From positions 29,476 to 93,475 of the IMG/VR virus record IMGVR_UViG_3300025131_000013: a stretch of 64,000 nt of DNA. One strand, given 5' to 3'. This document shows, piece by piece, positions 54,981 through 64,000 of this stretch; within the stretch, counting starts at the first letter, position 1; each line of letters starts with the position of its first letter. Source of the DNA: a virus. The notes below the pieces were generated by a model. It ran no database searches and was not told the origin of the DNA. It saw only the letters and a program-made list of their open reading frames with translations. The translations under genes and the position numbers were made by a program.

Positions 54981-55481
54981 ATGCCGACCAGTATAATCTA
55001 TAAACATCCTTCACCGGACTGTCCTTTGTGTAGGAGGAAAAAAGGCCATAAGGGCTCATCTAGAAGTAATACTGAAGAGACCCACACACATCAATGCCAC
55101 TCGGTATTCGTTGCGGGATCTAATCTTCATAATGCGATGTGGGTACTGAGGTGTGAAGAAGTGTTTAAGCGTTGCCCCGGTTATCGCTATCACAAGAGAC
55201 TTCTGACTCGGTTTAAGAAGGCTTTAGTTGGGACTTCTCGGAAGGTTACGATGGGTCGAGTGGTTGCTCTGCCTAGACTTGTTGGCGCAATGGTCTTGCC
55301 GAAGATGAAGTCGAGCGGGATGAATCGTCAGGAACCTGAACCGCTGAGGAATCTGACGAGTGAGTCAGCAGTCAGTGCTTGCCTCGACCATTATGGGTTT
55401 ACTCAGATAGAGAAGACAAAAAAGAATCGCAAGAAGAAGATGTGGAAAATAGCGGAGGATTGGTTTGTCCGGAAATCTTAG
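54981..55481 (+). CDS. Hypothetical basic protein with Cys/His cluster
   Basis: CPLC...HTHQCH; AAGGGGG SD. Confidence 0.6.
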   Translation: MPTSIIYKHPSPDCPLCRRKKGHKGSSRSNTEETHTHQCHSVFVAGSNLHNAMWVLRCEEVFKRCPGYRYHKRLLTRFKKALVGTSRKVTMGRVVALPRLVGAMVLPKMKSSGMNRQEPEPLRNLTSESAVSACLDHYGFTQIEKTKKNRKKKMWKIAEDWFVRKS

Positions 55482-56613
55482 GTTTATCCATATGGCGGAT
55501 GTCCATCTGAAGACATCCCCTACGACTCCTGAGTGGAAGATAAAAGAGCAGGATGATTGCCTCCGCTGTGTGAATGTGTACGCAGTTGAGCAAGGTATCA
55601 AGGATATTATAGTGGCGGGGGATGTCTTTGATCACCATAATCCTGACTCTGATTCTCTCCAGTTTTTTTTAGATTGGATAAAGCTAGGGGTGGAGTCAGG
55701 ACTTCGGTATTGGATCATCCCAGGCAATCACGATGCCTCGGATAAGATGTGCTCTAAGCACTCTATGTCCTCTATCCGACAAACTCTGGATATTGTAGAT
55801 GCTGGCTATAAGAAAGGATTCAATATAATTGATAAGACTCATGTCTTATCGGGTGATTTCTTTCGTGGCTTCAGGATCTACTTCATACCGTGGATGGAAG
55901 ATGAAGCCTATGTCAAAGCAGTCAAGCGCGTAGGTAAGTCAGCTGCCAGTGCCAGCGAAATTCCAATACTGGCTACTCATTGCTTTATCAAAGGATCCCA
56001 GGTCGGCGATGGAGGATACAAGCATCAGGAAGGGATTGATGTTAAGGTGTTTGATCCCTTTCATTACGTAGCCCTGGGAGATATCCACTTGAGGCAGGAA
56101 TTTAAGACCAAGAAAGGGATGGCGTATTACCCAGGCTCTTTGATCTGCCAGAACTTTGGGGAGCGCAAGGAGAAGAAAGGATTCTTGGATGTTACTATTA
56201 CTCCTGATTCTGCTGAAGTTAAATTTGTTGCCGTGCCGCACGTTACCTGGACCCAGAGAAGGATTAAATCATCTGTTCTAATGAAGATGGTAGTGTCGGG
56301 TGACCTATTTAACAGGAAGTTCCCCCGATCAAAGTTTGCAGGGAAGAACCTAAAGCTCATCATTGATTGTGAGGGAGGCAAGTCCTCAAGTCAGCCGATA
56401 GATGCTTTAGTTGAGAGATCTAAGAAGATGGGTCTAGTCAACTTTGAGTGGAGGATGGCCAATACCGGGTATGCTCGTGTCGATAGATTCAAATCTAAGA
56501 AAACAGGATCTATGATGGATGAGATGGTAGACTCGGACAAGGCAGTAAAGAAGAAGCAGAAGAAAAAGGCAAAACAAGTTGGGAAGCAACTCTTAGAGAG
56601 AACTTCCAGATGA
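55465..56613 (+). CDS. sbcD: SbcD/Mre11-like metallophosphoesterase nuclease
   Basis: FIHMADVHL, AGDVFD, PGNHD, ATH, YVALGDIH, YPGS..NFGE. Confidence 0.93.
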   Translation: MSGNLRFIHMADVHLKTSPTTPEWKIKEQDDCLRCVNVYAVEQGIKDIIVAGDVFDHHNPDSDSLQFFLDWIKLGVESGLRYWIIPGNHDASDKMCSKHSMSSIRQTLDIVDAGYKKGFNIIDKTHVLSGDFFRGFRIYFIPWMEDEAYVKAVKRVGKSAASASEIPILATHCFIKGSQVGDGGYKHQEGIDVKVFDPFHYVALGDIHLRQEFKTKKGMAYYPGSLICQNFGERKEKKGFLDVTITPDSAEVKFVAVPHVTWTQRRIKSSVLMKMVVSGDLFNRKFPRSKFAGKNLKLIIDCEGGKSSSQPIDALVERSKKMGLVNFEWRMANTGYARVDRFKSKKTGSMMDEMVDSDKAVKKKQKKKAKQVGKQLLERTSR

Positions 56614-56873
56614 AGACGCACGTATTCAGGTCCGCGAGATATAGGATCGTTGAGTCTGATCGTATCAAGCGAGACGGATATTGTGATTGGAGGCGCAAGA
56701 AGGGCAAGAAACTTTGGATTAAGAAGTCCCTGTCGGACGAGAAAAGGCTGGACGTTCTCATTCATGAAGGACTTCATGCCTGTCTTCCTGATGCTGACGA
56801 GCACACAGTTCAGGAAACGGCCCAAGACTTAGCTCTATTCTTGCTCCGAGATGGGTGGAGAAGATCTCAGTAG
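56610..56873 (+). CDS. Small HExxH zincin-like protein
   Basis: GYCD...LWIKKSL...LDVLIHEGLHA....E..V. Confidence 0.65.
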   Translation: MKTHVFRSARYRIVESDRIKRDGYCDWRRKKGKKLWIKKSLSDEKRLDVLIHEGLHACLPDADEHTVQETAQDLALFLLRDGWRRSQ

Positions 56874-56926
56874 TTTCTCTTGATGATTCCATACAGGATG
56901 GTGTTTTTTTTTGAAAGAGCAGGATA

Positions 56927-57151
56927 ATGTCTGAGGGAAGGTTTACGCAAGAATATATGTTATTGAATGAACGCATACCACTTAATTCTAGGATGTCTAG
57001 ATTTGATGGGACAGAGGAGGAACTTAAGGCTAGGCTTGTTCAGCTTCAGGAATCTTTGAGGCCATCTACAATAATTGTAGCTAAGGTGGCTGTTTGGGAG
57101 GATGCTTGGCGGATATCTCCGAAGGGGGACATACAGGATATGAGGGGTTGA
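56927..57151 (+). CDS. Hypothetical protein
   Basis: AGGA SD; TGATG coupling to sbcC. Confidence 0.5.
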   Translation: MSEGRFTQEYMLLNERIPLNSRMSRFDGTEEELKARLVQLQESLRPSTIIVAKVAVWEDAWRISPKGDIQDMRG

Positions 57152-59202
57152 TGAGACTATCAAGGATAAGCCTTACAAACTTTTCCTCGCATAAGTCTAC
57201 TGAGATAGACTTCAGCAAGGATGATCACATTGTCCTCATAAGAGGACTGAACGGATCGGGCAAATCCTATCTGATGGACTCTGTCCCCTTCGCCTTGTAT
57301 GGTAAGGTTGATCGCGGACTGATCATGAGGCCGCGCCAATTGGTTAGGGGTGGTGCTGAGACAGCCTCGGTTATAGTTGATCTTGAAGGAAAGAGTCATA
57401 TTCAGGTGATGAGACGGATTGGGAAGAAGTCTTCAAGTGTCCGTCTTATAATAGATGGTGGTGAGAAATCAGGAAGGGTGACTAGGCAGACCCAAGAGCG
57501 GATTGAGAATGCCCTTGGGTTTTCATACGAGTCCTTTATGTCCGCTTCTTATCTGAGTCAGGGTAAGGTGGGGGCATTTACGGATGGTAAGAGCGGTGAT
57601 CGTGTTAAGATTCTGACGAATGTACTGAACTTGGCATCAATTGATGCGGCGGCTCAATCCTCAAAAGATATGGGGAAGCAACTAGTGGATGAGGCCCAGT
57701 TGCTAGGGTCTAAGATTGCTTTCCTTGAGGATGAGGCAGATAAGCTCAGAACGCCTGATGAGATAGCCGAGGATATTCAATTTTCCCAAGATCAAAAAAG
57801 AGAGCAAGAGCGTGAGTTAAGTAAGGCCCGAAAGTTACGAGATCGGCTCAATAAAAGGGCCGAATTGCAGCGTGAATACAGGACGAACAGGGTAGGGGTA
57901 AGGTTTAGCCTAGAGGAAGGGAATCGGGCTGTAGATCGGCTGCAAAGGGAGATTGATAGGGATGTTGAAGAGCGCAAGGGATTAGCCAAGCGACTCAAAA
58001 AGTTGGAGAAGGGGAAAGAAAAGATTGCTCGCCTGAAGGAGTTGCTTGAAAAGAATTCCTATCCTTACAATGAGGTTGAGGAACAGGTCGAGGAACAGGC
58101 CAAGAACGAGGCTGACTTGGTGGTAGTAGGAGAGCAGATATCTAAACTCCGAGGTGTGAGGGATAAAGGTGGGAAGTGTCCTACATGTTTACGTGATGTG
58201 GGGGCGGGTCATGAAGAAATTGGGACCGCTATCCAAGTCTTTGTATCCGAGCGCAAAAAACTTGTTAAAGAAAAGATTGTGCTAGATAATCAGAATGAAG
58301 AGCTACAGGGGCAAATCGAAAGACATCAAGAGGTAGCTGGTGCCCTCGAATCAGCAGAGCGTCGAGTTAGTGAGGCTGAGTTCGTCAAAGGTGAACACGA
58401 GACCTATAGCAAGAGAATTTCCAAAAAGACTAAGCAACACAAAAGGCATCAATCTGAGAGAGATAGACTGACGGACGTCCTCATAGCAATGAGGGTTAGG
58501 CACTTAAAGGACATGGCCAAATTTGAAGATCTGGATGATGAAGCACACAATGCTTTAGAGGATGTCCAGGAAGAAATTGATGATCTTAACGGCAGTATAG
58601 GAAAGTTGACTGTTACTATTGGCCACTTGGTGGCGCAACTCAAGAGGTCGAAAGAAATCAAGGCTGAGATTAAGGAGCAGAAGGCAGAGATCAAAGTCTC
58701 CACAGACGAGACATTCTATTACGAGTATTGGGCTGATCGTTTCCCAAAGGTTAAGCTCGGCCTAATTGATTCTTTCGTCCCGCAGATGGAGGAAGTGGCT
58801 AACTCTATACTTGATACCTTTTCGCCAATCAGGATTGAATTATCCACTATGATGGAAAAGAATGACGGTGGAATGATGGATCGTTTTAGGATAGTTGTAT
58901 ACGAAGGGAAGGATGAACGGGAATGGGAAAACTGGAGCGGTGGCGAGAAGAAGCAAGTTGCCATAGCTATTTGTCTGGCCATGAATACAACCCTCTGGAA
59001 TATGGGGTTTGGTTTAGATTTCATCTTGATGGATGAAGTCTTTGCCGATCTTGATATTGAGAAGCGTCCTAAAGTCCTCAAGTATCTAGGTGATTCAGGA
59101 CGAAATGTGATGGTGATCTCCCATACTGACATCAATCCGGCATTTTTTGATCGAGTTCTTACCGTTACTAAGACAGAGAAGGTATCAAGGATAGATGGCT
59201 AA
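57151..59202 (+). CDS. sbcC: SbcC/Rad50-like SMC ATPase
   Basis: ISLTNFSSH, GLNGSGKS, YLSQG, CPTC zinc hook, WSGGEK, ILMDEVFADLD, VISH. Confidence 0.94.
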   Translation: MRLSRISLTNFSSHKSTEIDFSKDDHIVLIRGLNGSGKSYLMDSVPFALYGKVDRGLIMRPRQLVRGGAETASVIVDLEGKSHIQVMRRIGKKSSSVRLIIDGGEKSGRVTRQTQERIENALGFSYESFMSASYLSQGKVGAFTDGKSGDRVKILTNVLNLASIDAAAQSSKDMGKQLVDEAQLLGSKIAFLEDEADKLRTPDEIAEDIQFSQDQKREQERELSKARKLRDRLNKRAELQREYRTNRVGVRFSLEEGNRAVDRLQREIDRDVEERKGLAKRLKKLEKGKEKIARLKELLEKNSYPYNEVEEQVEEQAKNEADLVVVGEQISKLRGVRDKGGKCPTCLRDVGAGHEEIGTAIQVFVSERKKLVKEKIVLDNQNEELQGQIERHQEVAGALESAERRVSEAEFVKGEHETYSKRISKKTKQHKRHQSERDRLTDVLIAMRVRHLKDMAKFEDLDDEAHNALEDVQEEIDDLNGSIGKLTVTIGHLVAQLKRSKEIKAEIKEQKAEIKVSTDETFYYEYWADRFPKVKLGLIDSFVPQMEEVANSILDTFSPIRIELSTMMEKNDGGMMDRFRIVVYEGKDEREWENWSGGEKKQVAIAICLAMNTTLWNMGFGLDFILMDEVFADLDIEKRPKVLKYLGDSGRNVMVISHTDINPAFFDRVLTVTKTEKVSRIDG

Positions 59203-59590
59203 ACGCCTACACAAAGCGGACAGGAAGCACTTTGAGCCTGATGATGGATGGTTTAAGCGAGCAGGCAAGAAGATAAGGTGGCTTCTGTCTGAGCCGTTGA
59301 ATAGCGAGTATCTACTTTTTCTTAGAAAGTATGGGACTGAGGAGATTAGCAGGGAGCAGGTAGGCAGGAGGATAGGACGCCACCCTGCTCAAGTGGGGCG
59401 TTATGAGGGAATGGGTTACGATAGACAGATACCTGAGCTTAAGGTGCTGAGGAAGATCATTGTCGTCCTTCAAGCTAATCCCCTTACCCTTCTGAATCTC
59501 CAACTTAGCTTCAAGACTAAGAAAGAGGCAATTGATTGGCTCAAGAGTTGCTCTGATGAAGAAACCAAGAGGATGTTAGATGGCTCGTAA
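59195..59590 (+). CDS. XRE-family HTH DNA-binding protein
   Basis: ISREQVGRRIGRHPAQVGRYEG...PELKVLRKI. Confidence 0.78.
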   Translation: MAKRLHKADRKHFEPDDGWFKRAGKKIRWLLSEPLNSEYLLFLRKYGTEEISREQVGRRIGRHPAQVGRYEGMGYDRQIPELKVLRKIIVVLQANPLTLLNLQLSFKTKKEAIDWLKSCSDEETKRMLDGS

Positions 59591-60161
59591 AAAGGCGTCA
59601 AGCGGATATGAATTTGAAGTTGAGCTTTGTAAGCTCGCAGAGCGATACCTTGGGAGGTATCTTGCGCAGAACTACCGGGTATTTGGATCTGGTCGCAATA
59701 AGAATGCGCGGTTTAGTGGAGGTGATGAGCGTAAGCTCGGAGATCACTTCATGGAGATTGTTGCTCGTGGATTACCTCTACCTTGGAAAGTCAGGTTTAC
59801 AACCGAGGCAAAGTGGTATAGTCCTAAAGGGAAGGGAGTAAAGTCTGTAGCGATCCAGAAGGGTTGGCTTGACCAGATACGTCACGAAGCCAATGAGCAG
59901 GGATCGTTCCCGATCTTCGCTATCAAATTTAAGGGCCAGAATAAGAGGTCTAAAGAACTAAAGCAGTATAACTGGTATGGTAGGGATGCGAATGCTGTAT
60001 GGTTTGCTATGCCTGTGAAACATTTTTTCCTTCTTATATTATTCCTTCTGGGTGCCAGAATGGGGGTGGATTTACGTGGCCAAGTTAAAGATGAAGAGAC
60101 AAGAGAGGCGATCTCTGGAAAGAAGGGGCGCAAAGGTAGAACAAGCAATCCTAAGTCATGA
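59580..60161 (+). CDS. PD-(D/E)xK nuclease, Holliday junction resolvase-like
   Basis: GYEFEVEL..RVFGSG..GD..EAK..WLDQIRHEA...PIFAIK. Confidence 0.75.
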   Translation: MARKKASSGYEFEVELCKLAERYLGRYLAQNYRVFGSGRNKNARFSGGDERKLGDHFMEIVARGLPLPWKVRFTTEAKWYSPKGKGVKSVAIQKGWLDQIRHEANEQGSFPIFAIKFKGQNKRSKELKQYNWYGRDANAVWFAMPVKHFFLLILFLLGARMGVDLRGQVKDEETREAISGKKGRKGRTSNPKS

Positions 60162-60387
60162 AGATCAGGCTCACATTGTTCGTCAAAAGTTTCCGGCGAT
60201 GGATGAGGACAGTACAATCGGGACGTATCAAAAAGTTCGGCTGGCTACGTTTATCAATGACGATACGATCAGGGTGAATGAATTCGGAACCCTGGAAGCC
60301 TACATCGGTGAAGATGGGGCACTTGTAGTCACACTTGACCCTAAATCGAAAGCGAAGGCAAGATCATTTGCATTTGGAAGGAAGTAA
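60091..60387 (+). CDS. Hypothetical protein
   Basis: ORF in operon; start uncertain. Confidence 0.5.
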   Translation: MKRQERRSLERRGAKVEQAILSHEDQAHIVRQKFPAMDEDSTIGTYQKVRLATFINDDTIRVNEFGTLEAYIGEDGALVVTLDPKSKAKARSFAFGRK

Positions 60388-60388
60388 G

Positions 60389-60490
60389 ATGGAGAAGCTC
60401 ACACTCACCACGCTGAGGATTGCTCTGATTATGACCTTTATGTTCACAACCATCATCTCCCTAGTAATGAGGATCGTATGGCCTATGTAG
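60389..60490 (+). CDS. Small single-TM peptide (33 aa, not in ORF track)
   Basis: GGAAGG SD; MEKLTLTTLRIALIMTFMFTTIISLVMRIVWPM*; fills the gap exactly. Confidence 0.5.
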   Translation: MEKLTLTTLRIALIMTFMFTTIISLVMRIVWPM

Positions 60491-60786
60491 GGTGTCCGAA
60501 TTGTAGGAAGGGTGTCCACTTGGGCGACCGAGCACAAGGGTGTATCTGTCTTGGGTGTCAGACCTACTTCTCTAAGGACAAAGCCGTAGAGCCTGAGTAT
60601 GACGCAACCTCAAAAGGGGTTGCGGTTCATGGGGAAGGTGCGGCTGATCGCGAGGCTCTAAGGAGTTCAATAGGACAGATGGCTGACGATTCAAAGACCG
60701 GGAAAGCAAGGGAGCAAGGTGGATCTCACTACAGAAACAAATACCGATACCGGGCAGGACTCGGAGGAAACTCCAGGAAAGGCTGA
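60478..60786 (+). CDS. Zinc-ribbon protein
   Basis: CPNC...CLGC. Confidence 0.65.
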   Translation: MAYVGCPNCRKGVHLGDRAQGCICLGCQTYFSKDKAVEPEYDATSKGVAVHGEGAADREALRSSIGQMADDSKTGKAREQGGSHYRNKYRYRAGLGGNSRKG

Positions 60787-61192
60787 TACACTCATCTTGA
60801 CTGAGGAACTGAAAGTAATAGAAGGTCACTCTGAGCAGTTGTTGGGTGACCTTCTTTCAGTCAGGGGTAGCTATGACAGATTTAGAGCAGCAGTACAGAT
60901 CACCTTTAAGTATACTATTGTTATTCTCCAGACTCAACTGCCTGGTCGGGCCAGTAATGCTCGCTTCCATTGGGATGAATGGAGTCAGAACGCAACTATA
61001 TATGTGAGTATGTTTTATAATCATAACCCTGAGTGGGTGATGAGTAGGGTGATCCATGAACTAGCAGAGTTTAACTTGGTGAAGACCTTGAAGGCAGTAG
61101 AGGCATTTACCAGTAAGGCCGAGGCAAAGAAGATCATAAGGGATGTGATGAAGGATTACTACCCCGACATGACCCCGCTCAAAAACTTCTAA
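60719..61192 (+). CDS. Hypothetical protein (zincin-like HE motif)
   Basis: ATIYVS...RVIHELAE. Confidence 0.55.
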   Translation: MDLTTETNTDTGQDSEETPGKADTLILTEELKVIEGHSEQLLGDLLSVRGSYDRFRAAVQITFKYTIVILQTQLPGRASNARFHWDEWSQNATIYVSMFYNHNPEWVMSRVIHELAEFNLVKTLKAVEAFTSKAEAKKIIRDVMKDYYPDMTPLKNF

Positions 61193-61277
61193 TCCTCTGA
61201 TATAACACAAATCGAATCGGCAATCACGCTGTTTTTCCCCCGGCAATTTTTGTTGTTTTTACAGAAAGGCTGGTCCA

Positions 61278-61520
61278 GTGGCTACCTTAATACTCATCCC
61301 GAAGAATGGGTATGATCCTTCTCAGGACGCTAAGACGTTTGCCAGGATCCCAGATATGGCGGCTAAAGCGGCCCAAAGCAAGCAACACTTCCTCCTTACC
61401 ATAGATCCGAACGAGTATGAAGTGTTCTCATCTATGGGTGATCTCGACCGAGTGGAAGTTGATGAATCAGGAAGCATCCGTCTTAACATGACAATGTTCG
61501 ACTTTGATGGCCAAGCATAG
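61278..61520 (+). CDS. Hypothetical protein
   Basis: GTG start after AAAGG; overlaps the primase start. Confidence 0.55.
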   Translation: MATLILIPKNGYDPSQDAKTFARIPDMAAKAAQSKQHFLLTIDPNEYEVFSSMGDLDRVEVDESGSIRLNMTMFDFDGQA

Positions 61521-62409
61521 TAAGTCTGACCTGCTGAGGATATTAACCCCTCATCTACAAGGACTAATAGATAAAGGACGGTGGATTATGTTCCGCTGTC
61601 CGTATCACGATGATCACGATCCTTCGTTTGGTGTAGATACCAAGAAGGGTGCGTTTAATTGCTTTGCTTGCCGAGTAACAGGAACGATAGCAGGTTTATT
61701 TGCGCACCTCGGTATAGAGTCGGATCTTGAAGAAGTTGACGCAATGTCTGAAGGTGAATGGAGTGATGTTCTCGAATCGTTAGAAGATCGAGCCACTAAG
61801 AAGATGGAATGGCCTGGAGTAGACCTTACCATTCGTTCGCCGTTTCGTGAGAAGGCTCCAGAGAAATACGCAAACTATTTGAAAGGACGAGACATTAGTG
61901 TCCCTACCACACTCCGATTTGGGATCGGATGGTCTTCATCCGAACCTACTAGAATCCTCATTCCAGTCAATAATCTTATGGGTGATCAAGTCAATTGGGT
62001 CGAGCGCAGAGAGCTTGGAAAGAGAAAGCCGAAATACTGGCGCCCAAAAGGAGTCAAAAAGGAACTTGCACTTTTTGGGTTGGATAAAATTGGTGACGGA
62101 CACAACTGGGTTATTGTTACTGAGGGAATTTTTGATGCTATCGCCCTCGCAAACTACAGTCTACCAGCAGTATGTTGTTTTGGTGGCTTCAGCACGTTCC
62201 AAAGGAACGCACTGGTTAAGAGGTTTGATCTGATCTATATTTGCTTTGATGGAGATAAAGCAGGTCGTATTAAAAGCAGAGAAGCACGAAATATGTTGAG
62301 GGACTGCGGTGTGATGGTGAAGAATGTAAAACTCCCCAAGGGCAAAGATCCCGGCAACTATGCCTCTGAAATAGCAAGGAAAATGGGGTCGGATTGGTCC
62401 GAAAAATAA
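61507..62409 (+). CDS. dnaG: DNA primase (CHC2 zinc finger + TOPRIM)
   Basis: CPYHDDHDPSF..FNCFAC; YLKGR; VTEGIFDA; CFDGDKAG; LPKGKDP. Confidence 0.93.
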   Translation: MAKHSKSDLLRILTPHLQGLIDKGRWIMFRCPYHDDHDPSFGVDTKKGAFNCFACRVTGTIAGLFAHLGIESDLEEVDAMSEGEWSDVLESLEDRATKKMEWPGVDLTIRSPFREKAPEKYANYLKGRDISVPTTLRFGIGWSSSEPTRILIPVNNLMGDQVNWVERRELGKRKPKYWRPKGVKKELALFGLDKIGDGHNWVIVTEGIFDAIALANYSLPAVCCFGGFSTFQRNALVKRFDLIYICFDGDKAGRIKSREARNMLRDCGVMVKNVKLPKGKDPGNYASEIARKMGSDWSEK

Positions 62410-62534
62410 TCCCCTTCTTCAGCTGCGAATACTTTATATTAAGGTAGTCGAAAAGATACTCTGTATAATTATCTGCCGCTTGTGGGGCACACTAAGTGGC
62501 TGCGTAGTCCAGAGTAAACCTGAGGGGGTCAAAG

Positions 62535-63248
62535 ATGGCGAAGCGTAGTAAATCTGTGAAGAAGCAGAAGATACGTTGGTCTGATCTACAGGGCGTCCTT
62601 GACGGATGCCCTCGTGCATTTAAGACAACACTGAACTACCTCTCTTACGATGAGAAGGGTAGGAATGTCCTTGAAGGCTATCTTAGGAGAACAGAGCGCC
62701 AGCTCAAGCGATTGCCTGATTCGGAATACGGTGACTTAGTATCCGAGGCCCATAAGCAAGTATGGAGATGTGCAGGGCGGTATCTGGCTCGTAAGGCCAC
62801 CGGAGAGAAGTCAACGATTGCCTTCAGAGTCTATTATTATCAGAGATTGAAGCAGTGTTTCACTGATAGAGTCCGAGCGACCCAAAAGAAATCTGACGTT
62901 CATAATACCCATGCTCTATCGGCAGACGCCTTGATGGAAGATTCAGGATTTGATCTGCCCGGATCGTCAGTCGGAGGTGATGTTCCAGCTAGGATAGATA
63001 TTAATCTTCGGATTCAAACGTTAGGAAAGCACGAACGGACTATCGTCAAGAAGTTAGATGATGGATGGACGCCTACTCAAATCAAGAGGGAGTTGATTGA
63101 TCGCCTTGTGAGTAAGAAACCGGGGCGCAATTACGATGATGTAGCAAAGCTAGTCAGAACTAGAGTAGATCAGTCTCTGGCGGTGATACGATCAGTTCTC
63201 GAAGATGTCTGGGGTGCCTACGATGAAGATCATAGATTTCACAGCTAA
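62535..63248 (+). CDS. Phage sigma-factor-like protein
   Basis: Region-2-like DLVSEA..VWRCAGRY..FRVYYYQRLKQCFTD; LSADA; region-4-like LGKHERTIVKKLDDGWTPTQI. Confidence 0.7.
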   Translation: MAKRSKSVKKQKIRWSDLQGVLDGCPRAFKTTLNYLSYDEKGRNVLEGYLRRTERQLKRLPDSEYGDLVSEAHKQVWRCAGRYLARKATGEKSTIAFRVYYYQRLKQCFTDRVRATQKKSDVHNTHALSADALMEDSGFDLPGSSVGGDVPARIDINLRIQTLGKHERTIVKKLDDGWTPTQIKRELIDRLVSKKPGRNYDDVAKLVRTRVDQSLAVIRSVLEDVWGAYDEDHRFHS

Positions 63249-63846
63249 TTGCGAGGACTGTGAAGATAGAGTCATATTGGAGACTTTCGTCCCTTGTATG
63301 GCTTTGAACGGCAATCCTATAAAGGAGGAAACAATAATCAGGTTGCTGTGCCAGTATTATACAGGCATCTTTCAGGGTTCAGGCGTAATAATGAAGCGAC
63401 CTAGAGTATTTGACTATGCTCTGGACTCTTACAAAGGCTTTCGGTTCTACTGGGAGTTACAGAAGGAGAAAGGTTGGTTTGCGGAAAAAGACCGCAAGAA
63501 TCTTATTGATACAGCAAGGCGTGTATTTTTAGTCGACCACGCTGTAGTCAGTGTATACCTTAACGACCTTAATACCGATGGTGGTAAGTGTCCAAGCTGT
63601 GTCTTTAATAAAGACCTTACACAGGAGGGACAAAATGCGTTAAGACCGCAAGACGGCAGCATAGGAAGTGCTTGTCCGGTTAGACCAGGAGCAGTTGAGC
63701 GAGTAGTAGAATGTCGAGAGTATCGGTTGGATATCGAAGAATTTTTGTCGTTTGAGACTACGACATCAACCCCCATAGCAGGAGTATTAGGACATGGCGA
63801 CAAAGAAAGAGAAATTGTTGGCCGCAGCCAAGAAAGCGAAGGTTAA
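63205..63846 (+). CDS. Hypothetical Cys-rich protein
   Basis: CEDC, CPSC..CP..C. Confidence 0.55.
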   Translation: MSGVPTMKIIDFTANCEDCEDRVILETFVPCMALNGNPIKEETIIRLLCQYYTGIFQGSGVIMKRPRVFDYALDSYKGFRFYWELQKEKGWFAEKDRKNLIDTARRVFLVDHAVVSVYLNDLNTDGGKCPSCVFNKDLTQEGQNALRPQDGSIGSACPVRPGAVERVVECREYRLDIEEFLSFETTTSTPIAGVLGHGDKEREIVGRSQESEG

Positions 63847-64000
63847 GGGATACGCCAAGATGAGCGTGAAGGAACTGGAAGCCGCTCTGGCCCCTGAAGA
63901 GGAAGAGGAGGAACTGGAAGACGAGTTGGACGAAGAACTCGACGACCTGGAGGATGAGGATGAGGATGAGGATGAGGATGAGGATGATGATGATGACGAC
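63794..64000 (+). CDS. Rho_N/HeH-like domain protein with acidic tract (3' end outside window)
   Basis: AGGAG SD; MATKKEKLLAAAKKAKVKGYAKMSVKELEAAL then poly-D/E to the window end. Confidence 0.7.
   Translation, partial: MATKKEKLLAAAKKAKVKGYAKMSVKELEAALAPEEEEEELEDELDEELDDLEDEDEDEDEDEDDDDDD

Noticed and set aside
163-63803. All minus-strand ORFs and nested alternative-frame plus-strand ORFs in the track
   Set aside because: They shadow well-supported + strand genes and have no motifs or SDs.
1-64000. Stop-codon reassignment, prophage context or contractile tail
   Set aside because: Genes are intact under code 11 and use TAA, TAG and TGA as stops. No integrase, host genes, or sheath/baseplate-wedge genes are in the window.

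Overview
The window is about 64 kb of a large tailed dsDNA phage, probably siphovirus-like (no tail sheath gene in the window), with essentially all genes on the + strand. Positions 1-36.7 kb hold the virion module: HK97-fold major capsid (5'-truncated), a holin-like protein, head-tail joining genes, tail tube, a tail chaperone with a -1 frameshift, tape measure, hub/fibre proteins, and LamG and Gly-rich adhesins. Positions 36.8-64 kb hold the replication/recombination module: SNF2 helicase, degenerate DnaC-like loader, DnaB, DnaE, UvsY-like protein, gp32-like SSB, UDG, RecA, SbcCD, resolvase, primase and a sigma-like factor. Four features stand out. (1) An 8.4 kb, 8-gene sugar-building and glycosyltransferase island sits between the capsid gene and the head-tail genes, while the capsid, tail tube and Gly-rich fibre all end in Ser; this is a candidate virion-glycosylation system with its own amino-sugar pathway. 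(2) A duplicated adhesin module has a second copy carrying Sec-type signal peptides. (3) Several structured intergenic RNAs lie behind a recurring TGTATA promoter-like motif, including a ~195 nt rod with 6S-RNA-like architecture after recA. (4) A second GT2/methyltransferase/Nmad1 cluster lies among the replication genes and may modify DNA. All assignments come from reading motifs by eye; no searches or folding programs were run.
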